Part shown: positions 36,810-45,965 of the stretch, one piece after another | Numbering within the stretch: the stretch's first letter is position 1 | Layout of the letters: every line of letters begins with the position of its first letter | Assembly (NCBI GenBank): GCA_963714085.1 | Contig: OY970229.1 | Span: forward strand, 1,024,001-1,088,000 | Source: an uncultured Candidatus Micrarchaeota archaeon | Lineage (GTDB): Archaea; Micrarchaeota; Micrarchaeia; Anstonellales; Bilamarchaeaceae | DNA length: 64,000 bases | Direction: 5' to 3' | Translations under genes and position numbers: made by a program | The notes under the pieces: model-generated | Database searches by the model: none | What the model was told of the DNA's origin: nothing | Seen by the model: the letters and a program-made list of their open reading frames with translations, nothing else

Positions 36810-36886
36810 TTCACTGATTTCCAGTGGCCGCTAAAGCAGCCTGTTTTATATTTCATGGTTGATTAAATCCCCGATAGGTGCTTTTC

Positions 36887-38338
36887 ATGCAGGTGTTCGA
36901 CTCATTGTCCAGGAAGGCGGGGGAGTTCGCCCCGGCTGACGGCAGGAGGGTGCTGATGTACGTCTGCGGCCTCACGCCCTACGACAGCGCGCACATCGGC
37001 CACGCGCGCACCTACGTGGCCTTCGACCTGGTGAAGCGCCTCCTGATCAGGCGCGGCTTCAAGGTGTTCCACATGCAGAACATAACCGACGTGGAGGACA
37101 AGATAATCCGGCGCTGCAGGGAGACCGGCGCGGACCCGAGGAAGCTCACATCCGAGATACATTCAGAAGCGTTGGAGCTCTTCGACGCGCTCAACATCAT
37201 CAGGGCGGACGTATACCCCAAGGTCACGGAGCACATCAGCGAGATAATCGCGCTTGTCACCACGCTGGTGGACAAGGGGTTCGCGTACGAGACCGCGACC
37301 GGCGTGTATTTCGACGTGTCCAAGTTCAGGGGCTACGGCTCGCTCTCGGGCCAGGACATGGACGAGATCGAGGCCGGGAGCAGGAAGGAGGTCGACGAGA
37401 CCAAGGCCGACCCGGCGGATTTCGCGCTGTGGAAGAAGACGAAAAACGAGATAATAGAGTTCGACTCGCCCTGGGGAAGGGGCAGGCCGGGCTGGCACAT
37501 AGAGTGCTCGGCCATGTCGCTCAAGTACGCCGGGACCACGCTCGACATCCACGGCGGCGCCCGCGACCTGATATTCCCGCATCACGAGAACGAGATCGCG
37601 CAGTCCGAGGCCGCGACCGGGAAGACCTTCTGCCGCTGCTGGATGCACACCGGCTTCCTCACCGTGGAGGGCGAGAAGATGTCCAAATCCCTGGGCAACT
37701 TCATCACCCTGAGCGAGTCGCTTTCGCGGTTCAGCGCGAACGCCATGAGGATGTTCTACCTCCAGGCGCATTATAGGAGCCCCCTGGACTACGACGAGGA
37801 CGCGCTGCAGGCGGCCGGCGAATCCGTGGAGAGGATATTCAACTCGCTCGGCCTCATGCGGGAGATCGAGTCCGACAGGATGGACGTGGAGGACGCGCAC
37901 TTCCGGGAGGAGAGCGACGGGTTCATCGCAGGTTTCTACTCGTCTTTGGAGAACGATTTCGACACCCCCGCCGCCTTCGCAGCCCTTTTCGGGCTCCTGA
38001 GGTCGACCAACACGCACGTGGAGAAAGACGCGGTGGACCATGCCCAGCTGGACAAGGTGCTCAAGGCGCTGGAGGATATAATCTGGATACTGGGGTTCAA
38101 GGAGGAGAAGAGCGGCATGGAAGGCAAGGCCGACGCGCTCAAGGCGCTCGCGGCCGGGTTCAAGATAAACGAGAGCGAGCCGGAGAAAATAGTCGACGCC
38201 ATGGTCTCGCTCCGCGAAGGGTACCGCAAAGAGAAGAACTACGAGAAAGCCGACGAGATCCGGCTGGCGTTGTCGAACCTCGGGATAGGCCTCGAGGACA
38301 AGAAGTCCGGCGCCGGCCCGCGGCGCAAGGTGAGATGA
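36887..38338 (+). CDS. cysS: Cysteine--tRNA ligase
   Basis: YVCGLTPY, HIGH, GRPGWHIECSAM, KMSKS. Confidence 0.97.
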   Translation: MQVFDSLSRKAGEFAPADGRRVLMYVCGLTPYDSAHIGHARTYVAFDLVKRLLIRRGFKVFHMQNITDVEDKIIRRCRETGADPRKLTSEIHSEALELFDALNIIRADVYPKVTEHISEIIALVTTLVDKGFAYETATGVYFDVSKFRGYGSLSGQDMDEIEAGSRKEVDETKADPADFALWKKTKNEIIEFDSPWGRGRPGWHIECSAMSLKYAGTTLDIHGGARDLIFPHHENEIAQSEAATGKTFCRCWMHTGFLTVEGEKMSKSLGNFITLSESLSRFSANAMRMFYLQAHYRSPLDYDEDALQAAGESVERIFNSLGLMREIESDRMDVEDAHFREESDGFIAGFYSSLENDFDTPAAFAALFGLLRSTNTHVEKDAVDHAQLDKVLKALEDIIWILGFKEEKSGMEGKADALKALAAGFKINESEPEKIVDAMVSLREGYRKEKNYEKADEIRLALSNLGIGLEDKKSGAGPRRKVR

Positions 38339-38740
38339 GTGGCCTACTCCTTCCTCGAGCACCGCTCCGACGTGATAATACTCGGCCGGAACGCGACCTT
38401 CGCCAAGGCGCTCGAGGACGTGGGCAACGGCATGCTGACCCAGATGGGCGCCGAGCACGCGGCCGAGAAGGAGTCCTTCACGCTGCATTTCTCCGCTCCT
38501 AGTGCCGAGCAGCTGGTGGTGCAGCTGCTCTCCCAGGTGGTCGCCGAATGCGAGACGCGCCCGCTCACCCCGAAGAGGTTCGAGGTGCTCGCCCTGGACG
38601 AGAAGGCGTTTTCCGCCTCGGTCCGCGTGTACGGCGAGAAGAAGGTGCCCGAGAACATAATAAAGGCGGTGACCTATCACGAGTTCCGGGCCGAGAGAAA
38701 AGGGAAGGATTGGGAGATACAGGTCCTGTTCGATATTTAG
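38339..38740 (+). CDS. Archease (RtcB activator)
   Basis: FLEHRSD N-terminus; IKAVTYH; VLFDI C-terminus. Confidence 0.92.
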   Translation: MAYSFLEHRSDVIILGRNATFAKALEDVGNGMLTQMGAEHAAEKESFTLHFSAPSAEQLVVQLLSQVVAECETRPLTPKRFEVLALDEKAFSASVRVYGEKKVPENIIKAVTYHEFRAERKGKDWEIQVLFDI

Positions 38741-40134
38741 ACAATCCCTCTCGCAACCTCTGACGACAGTGTCGCGCCGTTTTTCTTTGCTATCGCTGCT
38801 ATTTCCGTATGGACCCTTTGTATGTCGTCGTAGCTGACATTCGTCATAGTGCTCAGCCATAACTTTTGTATCATGTCGATGTTTATGTGGTCATCCACGC
38901 GTATCTCTTCTGCCACTGACGGCTGGCTCTCCTCTAGTTTCCTCAGGAAATCGGTATACCATCTTGCATTTGGAAGGGGAGTGACAATCCTGCCAGCCAC
39001 CCGGTAAATCATGCCATTCGCCGCGTCCGCTATCCTGCCGAAGTGCTCCAATGTCCGGTGAAGGTCATCTCTCGTTTCCCCAGGTATGCCATACAACAGG
39101 TTAACGTACGTCATTATCCCTGCATCCGCCAGAAAACGGATCGCGGCCAGGTTTTTTTCTATGCTCGATCTTTTTCCTATCGTTATCATCGTCCTATCCG
39201 AACCGGTCTCGACTCCAATCGAGGTTTTTGTCACTCCAAGCGAGCGCAGAAACGCTGCGCTCTCTGCGGATATCTCATCTGCCCTTGCGTATACGGTGAA
39301 TGTAACGTCCGGGTCATGCTCGATACCAACCCCGCCGAACCTGTTTAACGAGGAGGTGAAGGAGTCCGAACAGTCGAAGATATGGATTCTCCGACAGAGC
39401 CAGGATAGCTGCTCCTTTATTTTTTTCATGTCCTGGGCGAATCTATCCGGGCTCCTATACTTGAGTTCGTTTCCGAGTCTGCTTCCGCAGAATCCGCAGC
39501 GCGGCATTTGGATGCATCCTCTCGACGACTGGTAAAAGACAAAAAGCGGTATCTCGTCAGGGGCAGGGCCGTATTTGCCAGATCTGATCATCCTCCGGTA
39601 ATTATCGAAGTATGTCTTGATATCTTCCTTGCTCCATCCAGAAAAATCCGGCGCGGGCAGCTCATCCATCCGTATGGGTGCGGAATCGACAATTCCGTGC
39701 GGCAGGTACCGGTTCCCTATTATTTTTCCAAGTCCGGTCTCTCCTTCTCCCTGCACAAGATAATCTATATCCGTGGCGTGCCTATCCATTATCTGCCTCG
39801 CCTTTGCACCTGCCCACGGTCCGCCTACTGCCGTCGTCGCTCCGGCTTCTTTCGCCTTTTTGATGACGCGTAGTGCACTCTTATAGTTTGAGAGCGTCAG
39901 TGTAACGCATGCGAGATCTCCGGTATGTATCCCTTCCAGGGCTCCTTTTTCCTCGTGTATGTCCAGATCGACGCATCTTGCATCCTTGAACCTGCCAAAC
40001 CCCATTCCTTTGGCGAACGAATACAACGCAGTTGGCCCTATGGGTATCGCAGTTCCCACTAGCGATACCTGGCGCGCTTCTCGACAGTCTGGTAGAATGA
40101 AATGTATCCTTTTTCCTGGCACAGTTACCAACAT
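38737..40134 (-). CDS. Cobalamin-binding radical SAM protein
   Basis: VGGPWA, VQGEGE, SSRGC-x5-C-x2-C, IGVETGS, YGIPGET; AT-richer codons. Confidence 0.9.
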   Translation of the reverse strand: MLVTVPGKRIHFILPDCREARQVSLVGTAIPIGPTALYSFAKGMGFGRFKDARCVDLDIHEEKGALEGIHTGDLACVTLTLSNYKSALRVIKKAKEAGATTAVGGPWAGAKARQIMDRHATDIDYLVQGEGETGLGKIIGNRYLPHGIVDSAPIRMDELPAPDFSGWSKEDIKTYFDNYRRMIRSGKYGPAPDEIPLFVFYQSSRGCIQMPRCGFCGSRLGNELKYRSPDRFAQDMKKIKEQLSWLCRRIHIFDCSDSFTSSLNRFGGVGIEHDPDVTFTVYARADEISAESAAFLRSLGVTKTSIGVETGSDRTMITIGKRSSIEKNLAAIRFLADAGIMTYVNLLYGIPGETRDDLHRTLEHFGRIADAANGMIYRVAGRIVTPLPNARWYTDFLRKLEESQPSVAEEIRVDDHINIDMIQKLWLSTMTNVSYDDIQRVHTEIAAIAKKNGATLSSEVARGIV

Positions 40135-40226
40135 ATATCATATATTAGCACATTATTAAATAGCTATCCGTTTATCATCGCGTGCTTTCGGAGGAACCAA
40201 GCCTGAATTCGCTTCCATGGTCCTTC

Positions 40227-40928
40227 TTATTTCCTATAAGATTTTGCGTCCTTTCCGCTTCCGAGCCAGGCCCTCGCGTCCGCCACGATCCACATGAGCA
40301 CCGTGCGGAAGAAGCCCCCTTCCCTGAACCTGCGGTCCGAGAGCGTGGCGACGATCTTCGCGTCGTAGACGACGTTGCGGCTGGCCGGCAGCCTCATCAT
40401 CAGGTCGTTGTCCTCGCACACCACGGAGCGGTATCCGCCCACTGAGAAGAACACGTCCTTCCTTATCACGGAGTTGTTCGCTGCGAGCCAGTACTTGCCG
40501 CTCAAGAAATGGAACGCTTTCCCGAGCCAGAACACTTTCATGGAATAGACGTTGTAAACCGTCCTCCACAGGGCGGAATCGGACGAGTAGAGGTCCAGCC
40601 CGCACAGGGCGACGAGCCCCGGTTTCGCCTTGAAATGCGCCTTTATGCGCTGGACGAAATCCGCGCATGGCACGCAGTCGGCATCGAGCATCACGATCAA
40701 CCCGTTGGACGCGTTCCTTGCGCCCTCGGTCTTCGCCGCGCCGATGCCCAGCTTCTGCTGCAGCACCACCCTGGCGCCCTTGGACTGGGCGACGTCCACG
40801 GTCCTGTCCTTGGAGTAGCTGTCCACTATTATTATCTCGTCGCCGTCTCCCATCTGCGCGCCGAGGGCGTCCAGCAGCGGGCCGATGCTTTTTTCCTCGT
40901 TGTAAGTGGGTATCACGAAACTGAGCAT
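40227..40928 (-). CDS. Glycosyltransferase family 2
   Basis: VIPTYNEE, VDSYSKDRT, LDAD, EDNDL, SDRRF. Confidence 0.92.
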   Translation of the reverse strand: MLSFVIPTYNEEKSIGPLLDALGAQMGDGDEIIIVDSYSKDRTVDVAQSKGARVVLQQKLGIGAAKTEGARNASNGLIVMLDADCVPCADFVQRIKAHFKAKPGLVALCGLDLYSSDSALWRTVYNVYSMKVFWLGKAFHFLSGKYWLAANNSVIRKDVFFSVGGYRSVVCEDNDLMMRLPASRNVVYDAKIVATLSDRRFREGGFFRTVLMWIVADARAWLGSGKDAKSYRK

Positions 40929-40936
40929 GATCTGTC

Positions 40937-41560
40937 CTACCCCCGCAGGTATACTACCCTTCTGCCTTCCAGCGCGTATCTCCCTTTCGCGAACGAGTCA
41001 ATGACCTTCGGGTAGGCCTTGTGCTCGACCTCGAGGATTTTGTGCGCTGCCTCCGCCGCGGTCTTGCACTCCGATATGTCCACTGCCTCCTGGTATATTA
41101 TGGGTCCGGCGTCCAGGTTCTCGTCCACGAAGTGTATCGTGATGCCGCTGACCTTCGCCCCGTAGTCGAAGGCCTGCTTCTGCGCGTCCACTCCTGGGAA
41201 CGAGGGGAGCAGCGCGGGATGGATGTTTATTATTTTATTTTTGTAGGAGTCGAGCAGTTTCTTGCCTTTCAGCAGGAGCATATAGCCGGCGAGCACCGCT
41301 AATTCTACCCCGTGCTTGTCCAGCAGCTCCTTTATGCGCTCATCCAGCGCCTCGCGGCTCGGAAAATCTTTCCTGTCAACAATCTCTACAGAGATGCCGT
41401 TCTCCTTAGCGCGCTCGATCGCCTTCGCGTCCGCCTTGTTCGTTATGAGCACCCTTATGTCCGCGCTGCACGTGCCTGCCTTCACCGCGTCTATGATGGC
41501 CTGGAAATTGCTGCCCCTGCCAGATGCAAGCACGGCTATCCTCACTTTTCTCTCTTGCAT
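40937..41560 (-). CDS. purN: Phosphoribosylglycinamide formyltransferase
   Basis: LASGRGSN, LAGYM, INIHPALLPSFPG, HFVDENLDAGPII. Confidence 0.96.
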   Translation of the reverse strand: MQERKVRIAVLASGRGSNFQAIIDAVKAGTCSADIRVLITNKADAKAIERAKENGISVEIVDRKDFPSREALDERIKELLDKHGVELAVLAGYMLLLKGKKLLDSYKNKIINIHPALLPSFPGVDAQKQAFDYGAKVSGITIHFVDENLDAGPIIYQEAVDISECKTAAEAAHKILEVEHKAYPKVIDSFAKGRYALEGRRVVYLRG

Positions 41561-41647
41561 AAGAAGAGTATGGAAACCGGATATTTAAATTGTTGCGCAG
41601 GGGTGGACCTGCTACGAGCTAGCGTGTTTCCTGGATCCTCGATGATA

Positions 41648-41836
41648 TCATATTGATTTGAGGAAGCCGCTCTCATCCACCCTGAACTTGTGCGCCGGGT
41701 TCACGCTGCACTGGAATTCACCCTCGACTTTAGCGAGCGGAGAACTCCATCCGTGTGACATCGAGCACTCAGGGCATCCTCTTAGACATTCGTTTGCCAT
41801 GGGAACCAACTCCTGCCGGCTGGTCGAATCCGGCAT
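41648..41836 (-). CDS. Small zinc-ribbon-like protein
   Basis: CPEC ... C-x5-H; TTTAAA upstream. Confidence 0.65.
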   Translation of the reverse strand: MPDSTSRQELVPMANECLRGCPECSMSHGWSSPLAKVEGEFQCSVNPAHKFRVDESGFLKSI

Positions 41837-41913
41837 AGGTCGCATATCGGCTACACAGATAAGGGATTTAAACCTGTGTATCATGCGTGCTCGCCGAGCA
41901 TGCCGTACGACGT

Positions 41914-42156
41914 TCAAAAAGCGATTCCCAGCACGTGGAGCAGCACGACCAGGGCCAGTCCCACGAAGCCGCCTATGGCTACTATCAGCACGGTGAGCAG
42001 GTTTATGGCGACGTTCAGCCCGAAGACGTTGAGCAGCCAGAGGGCGACGAGAGCCACGATGGCATGCAGGATGAGCGGGGCTATCGCCTTCACGACCCTG
42101 TATATCACGATGGCGGCGAGCACCGCGAGCAGGAGCACGACGAGTTCGACAATCAT
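41914..42156 (-). CDS. BofA-like small membrane protein
   Basis: Three hydrophobic helices, INLLTVLIVAIGGFVG. Confidence 0.75.
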   Translation of the reverse strand: MIVELVVLLLAVLAAIVIYRVVKAIAPLILHAIVALVALWLLNVFGLNVAINLLTVLIVAIGGFVGLALVVLLHVLGIAF

Positions 42157-42192
42157 GGTTTGCACCCGGAACGGGCAACGAGAAAATAAATA

Positions 42193-42287
42193 CGGGCCTG
42201 GAGAGATTTGAACTCTCGACACACGGATTAAGAGTCCGTCGCTTTTGGTGGATAACCCTATCCTCTACCAAGCTGAGCTACAGGCCC
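42193..42287 (-). tRNA. tRNA-Lys(CUU) with D-arm intron at 22/23 (42244-42264, 21 nt)
   Basis: GGGCCTG/CAGGCCC acceptor, ACGGA-CTCTTAA-TCCGT anticodon arm; TGGT/ACCA central helix with AG|A and AA|A bulges. Confidence 0.93.
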
Positions 42288-42354
42288 AAAAGCTATCCTA
42301 TTTCCCTAAGAAGAATTTAAAAAACAATTTACCCGGCATTCATCCCGAATTGTC

Positions 42355-42639
42355 CTATTTTTTCTTCTTCGCTGGCGCAGCAGCCGCTCCAGCAGCCCTG
42401 CCATAGAGGAGTCCGAACAGGATCAGCAGGTAGCCGGCGGCGCGGATAACGACAATCGGAAGCGCCAGCACCGTCGCCAGCCCCGCGAGCGTGATGATGT
42501 AGGATACGGAAAAGAAAGCGAATGCCACACCGATATAGAACGGCATCGTGTTCTTGCTTTTCGTATACATCCACAAGCCCGCAGCTAGTATCAGTATGTC
42601 AAAGACCAGATTCACGACGCTTACCAGATCGGTTGCCAT
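42355..42639 (-). CDS. Small three-TM membrane protein
   Basis: 94-aa hydrophobic ORF with basic tail. Confidence 0.75.
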   Translation of the reverse strand: MATDLVSVVNLVFDILILAAGLWMYTKSKNTMPFYIGVAFAFFSVSYIITLAGLATVLALPIVVIRAAGYLLILFGLLYGRAAGAAAAPAKKKK

Positions 42640-42682
42640 GACATTTTCCTGGGACTCAAAGGATTAAGAATCTACTGTTGGT

Positions 42683-43339
42683 TCAGTGAACCTCGTCCGT
42701 CTCGAATCCATACACCGCGAGCGTGCGGTTGTCCATGTCGAGGACGGTCTCCTTCGACGCTATGGTCGTGCCGTTGAGCTTTATCTTCGTATTCTGGGGC
42801 GTGGTGTAGTCGATATCGATCGGGAGCGCGGAGGCAACGAAGCCATCCAGCATCGCGCTGTCATCCTGCACGATCACGTAGCCGCTCGCCGTCTTCGTAC
42901 CGTTGGCGGGCTGGTAGGTCGTGAAGCCGAACGCGACCATCTGCTGCTCAGGATTTCCGTTGAAGAGCACCGCATAGGTCGGATTCGCGACCGTGATTGT
43001 CGCCGTGTTGTTCCCGAATCCGAGCGACACCCATGTGTACGTCTTCTCTATGTACGGCCCCCCTCTCTTGTTGGGCAGGCCTTTGAGTTCCTGGTCCAGC
43101 AGGGCCGCCGCGCTCAGGTTCGTACTCACCAAAGTCGGCTGCCGCGCAGGAGGCGGAGTGACCACCGTGGTGTTCTGCTGCGCGTGCGTTACGTTTTGTT
43201 GCACGGATGCGTTCTGCTGCGGCGGAGCCGTGTTCGGAGGCGCTTGAGGCGCCTGCGGAGCGGTTTGGTTCTGCGCGGGCTGCGCAAGGCAGCCGAAAAG
43301 CATCGCCATGAGAGCGAATGCGAGAGCGGTCTTCAGCAT
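42683..43339 (-). CDS. Hypothetical lipoprotein
   Basis: FGCL lipobox; Pro/Gln and N-x-T-rich stalk. Confidence 0.75.
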   Translation of the reverse strand: MLKTALAFALMAMLFGCLAQPAQNQTAPQAPQAPPNTAPPQQNASVQQNVTHAQQNTTVVTPPPARQPTLVSTNLSAAALLDQELKGLPNKRGGPYIEKTYTWVSLGFGNNTATITVANPTYAVLFNGNPEQQMVAFGFTTYQPANGTKTASGYVIVQDDSAMLDGFVASALPIDIDYTTPQNTKIKLNGTTIASKETVLDMDNRTLAVYGFETDEVH

Positions 43340-44409
43340 GGTTGTGACGCGCCTCCGAGATAGCCGTACGAGCAGTACTGGCCGTCGTATTCCACCTGCA
43401 CGGTGGAGCCGCCGTTCGCGTAGTTCTCTATGTAATTTACATTGTCCTCGTAGAGCAGGCTCCTGAACGGGTCCCTGGAGCCTCCAGATTCGTCAGGCCC
43501 TCCGGATATCACCATGAGCTTCGGGTTGGTGGTCTTGAGGAAATTCGCTATGCCGGAGGTCCCCGGCCCAAGGCCGTAGTAAGGCGCCTGGATAACTTCG
43601 CACTTGATTTGGCTTCCTTCGTCGTTCAACAGCTCGTTCTGTGCGCCGAACTGCACGCCCGAGAGCAGCAGCGCGCAGAAACCCCTGTCCTCCACCCTGA
43701 GCACCACGGCGTCGTTGTTCGGATCGTCGAACAGTGCCGGCCCGGGGTTGAGGACGGTGAAATCGATGCCGTTTAGCGACATGTTGAAGCCCCGGCTCAC
43801 GTTGCGCGCTGTCTTGACCATGCCGGCCATGCTAGGGCCGAGCGCCGCGTAGGCCGGGTCCTTGAACGTCTCGTCCGACCACCAGAACTCCTGGACCGGG
43901 AAGGCTGCGGCCACCGCGCTTATGCCCCCGTAGTGCATCGGGTCGGCGTTGGTGGAAAGCATCACGGCCACGTTGCCCACATCCAGGGTCTTGAGGAAGT
44001 CCACCACCTTGCCGCCGTTCTGTGCCGGGCCCGCGTCCACGAGCACGTTGAGGTCGCCCTTCTTTATCAGGATGGCGTCACCCTGGTTCGCCTGGTCGCC
44101 CACGTATATGAAGTATATCGCCAGGGTGTCGTTGGGCTCGAAGGTGTAGTTTATCGCCTTGGATACCACGGGCGGAGGCGGGCTCGTGTAGTTCTGCTGC
44201 TGCTGGACGGTCTGGTTCTGCTGCTGCGTTATGATTATCGTGACATTGGTCTCGTTCATCGGTATGGTGCCGTTTGCGGGTAGGGTGGAATTCGTGGCAT
44301 TCGTCTTCGTAGTGGTGTTCTGCACCGGGGCCGGGCCCAGGCATCCTGCAAGCAGAAGGCCGAAAGCAAGAAACGCCAAAACCAGAATCGGGAACCTGGA
44401 AACCGTCAT
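43333..44409 (-). CDS. Lipoprotein with ComEC/Rec2-like metallo-beta-lactamase-fold domain (degenerate metal sites)
   Basis: AGCL lipobox; VG...QGDAILI, LVDAG, NNDAVVLR; HxHxDH replaced by NADPMH. Confidence 0.82.
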   Translation of the reverse strand: MTVSRFPILVLAFLAFGLLLAGCLGPAPVQNTTTKTNATNSTLPANGTIPMNETNVTIIITQQQNQTVQQQQNYTSPPPPVVSKAINYTFEPNDTLAIYFIYVGDQANQGDAILIKKGDLNVLVDAGPAQNGGKVVDFLKTLDVGNVAVMLSTNADPMHYGGISAVAAAFPVQEFWWSDETFKDPAYAALGPSMAGMVKTARNVSRGFNMSLNGIDFTVLNPGPALFDDPNNDAVVLRVEDRGFCALLLSGVQFGAQNELLNDEGSQIKCEVIQAPYYGLGPGTSGIANFLKTTNPKLMVISGGPDESGGSRDPFRSLLYEDNVNYIENYANGGSTVQVEYDGQYCSYGYLGGASQPC

Positions 44410-45899
44410 AACGTCACTCTCGCATCCGAGATGTTCTTCTTTATAACAGCTGCGCAATCAGCTATTTTAATCCTTTCCTGCTTCCCGTCGTTCCGGTACC
44501 TTATCGTGACCGTGTCGTCCTTGAGCGTGTCGTAGTCCACCGTGAGCGCGTAGGGGCACCCGATCTCGTCCGCCCGCGCATAGCGCTTGCCTATGGAGCC
44601 GCCCTCCTGGTGGAAGACGTCGAACTCCTTCCGCAGCAGGTCCACGAGCGACTGGGCCTTCTCTGCGAGCCCGTCCTTCTTCATGAGCGGGAACACGGCG
44701 GCCTGGAACGGCGCGGCGACGGGCGGGAAGTCGAACCACTCCCACTCCCTTTCCGCGGACTTCTCCCTGAAGCAGTGCTCCAGCATGCAGAAGAAAAGCC
44801 TGTCCACGCCCATGGACACCTCGAACACGTGGGGCACGAGCTTCTCCTTCCTCGCCTCCACGAAAACCGAGAAATCCTTCTTGCTGAACTTGGCATGCGC
44901 GCCCAGGTCGAAGTCCGTCCTGTACGCGTTACCTATGGTCTCTATCGTACCATAGGATGTCTGGACCTCCATGTCCACGTTGCCCTTCGAGTAGTGCGGG
45001 ATCTCCTCCTTTGGCAGCACCCTGAGCCACATCTCGGTCTCCCGGATGCCGACCTTCCTGTAGAACTGCCACTGCCTGGCAAGGAAATAGGCCATTATCT
45101 CGTTGGCGGCTATGCCGGCGGAGACGAGCTCGGCCGTCTTCCTCATCTCCGTTGCGCCGCCGCGCTGGAACCGCATGCTCTCCTCCGCGACCTTTGCCAT
45201 CGCCTGGCAGCCCTGCTCAGCCGGGTCGAAGAAAAACTCCAGCTCCATCTGGGTGAACTCGCGCATGCGCACGAGGCCCTTGCGCGGCGATATCTCGTTG
45301 CGGAAGCTCTTGCCGACCTGCCCCACGCCGAGGGGCAGCTTCGCGCCGTGGTTCCTGAACAATCTCGGGAACGCGGTGAATATGCCCTGGGCGGTCTCCG
45401 GCCGGGCGTAGGCCATCGCCTGCTCGCCGCCTATCCCTGTCTTGAACATGAGGTTGAACATCGCGGCCGGACCGAACTCGCCCTTGCATTTCGGGCACGC
45501 GATCCCGTTCTCCTTTATCACGCGGTCTATCGTGTCCAGCTTGCCGTCCCACCGCTCGCCATGCCCCTCGCCGCCCTTCGCCTTGAGCTTCTCCTCTATC
45601 AGCGTGTCCCCCCGCACGCGCGTCTTGCACACCCTGCATTCCACCACCGGGTCCGCGAAGTTCGCGGCATGGCCGGATGCCTGGAGCACGATCTCCGGGG
45701 TTATTATCGAGGTCTCCACCTCGTGGAAACCCTCCTCCTTTATGAACATCTGCCTCCAGATGTTCTCTATCCTGGTCTTCATCAGCTTGCCGACCGGCCC
45801 GTAGTCGTAGAATCCGCTCACCGCGCCATAGGGCTCGTTGGAAGGTACGAAGAACGACCTGGTGAGCGCTAATTCGAAAATCCTTTCGTGCAGTTCCAT
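44406..45899 (-). CDS. glyS: Glycine--tRNA ligase (archaeal/eukaryotic alpha2 type)
   Basis: FYDYGP, RPETAQGIF, FRNEISPR, REFTQME, SIGKRYARADEIG. Confidence 0.97.
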   Translation of the reverse strand: MELHERIFELALTRSFFVPSNEPYGAVSGFYDYGPVGKLMKTRIENIWRQMFIKEEGFHEVETSIITPEIVLQASGHAANFADPVVECRVCKTRVRGDTLIEEKLKAKGGEGHGERWDGKLDTIDRVIKENGIACPKCKGEFGPAAMFNLMFKTGIGGEQAMAYARPETAQGIFTAFPRLFRNHGAKLPLGVGQVGKSFRNEISPRKGLVRMREFTQMELEFFFDPAEQGCQAMAKVAEESMRFQRGGATEMRKTAELVSAGIAANEIMAYFLARQWQFYRKVGIRETEMWLRVLPKEEIPHYSKGNVDMEVQTSYGTIETIGNAYRTDFDLGAHAKFSKKDFSVFVEARKEKLVPHVFEVSMGVDRLFFCMLEHCFREKSAEREWEWFDFPPVAAPFQAAVFPLMKKDGLAEKAQSLVDLLRKEFDVFHQEGGSIGKRYARADEIGCPYALTVDYDTLKDDTVTIRYRNDGKQERIKIADCAAVIKKNISDARVTL

Positions 45900-45965
45900 A
45901 AGATCATCCAGAGTAACCTATTCTTGTGGGGAAGTAATAAAAAACTGCGCCGAGAGAAATATGTC

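Larger units (their letters stand above)
35506..36814 (+). mobile_element. IS200/IS605-family element, IS1341-like (TnpB only, no TnpA)
   Basis: Left-end hairpin CGGC-TTTA-GCCG near 35533-35556; right-end GAAGCCCACGCC-TTTA-GGCATGGGTAGTTCAC ending 36814; left boundary after TTAG (35502-35505) is inferred. Confidence 0.85.

Noticed and set aside
37240..37256. ATAATCGCGCT in cysS matching the orphan omega-RNA guide
   Set aside because: Only 11 contiguous nt, a mismatch at guide position 2 and no TTAG upstream; compatible with chance.
37163..38860. Long antisense ORFs (565 aa here; similarly 6152-7537, 32019-33227, 44610-45872, 53057-54454)
   Set aside because: Shadow frames opposite well-identified GC3-rich genes.
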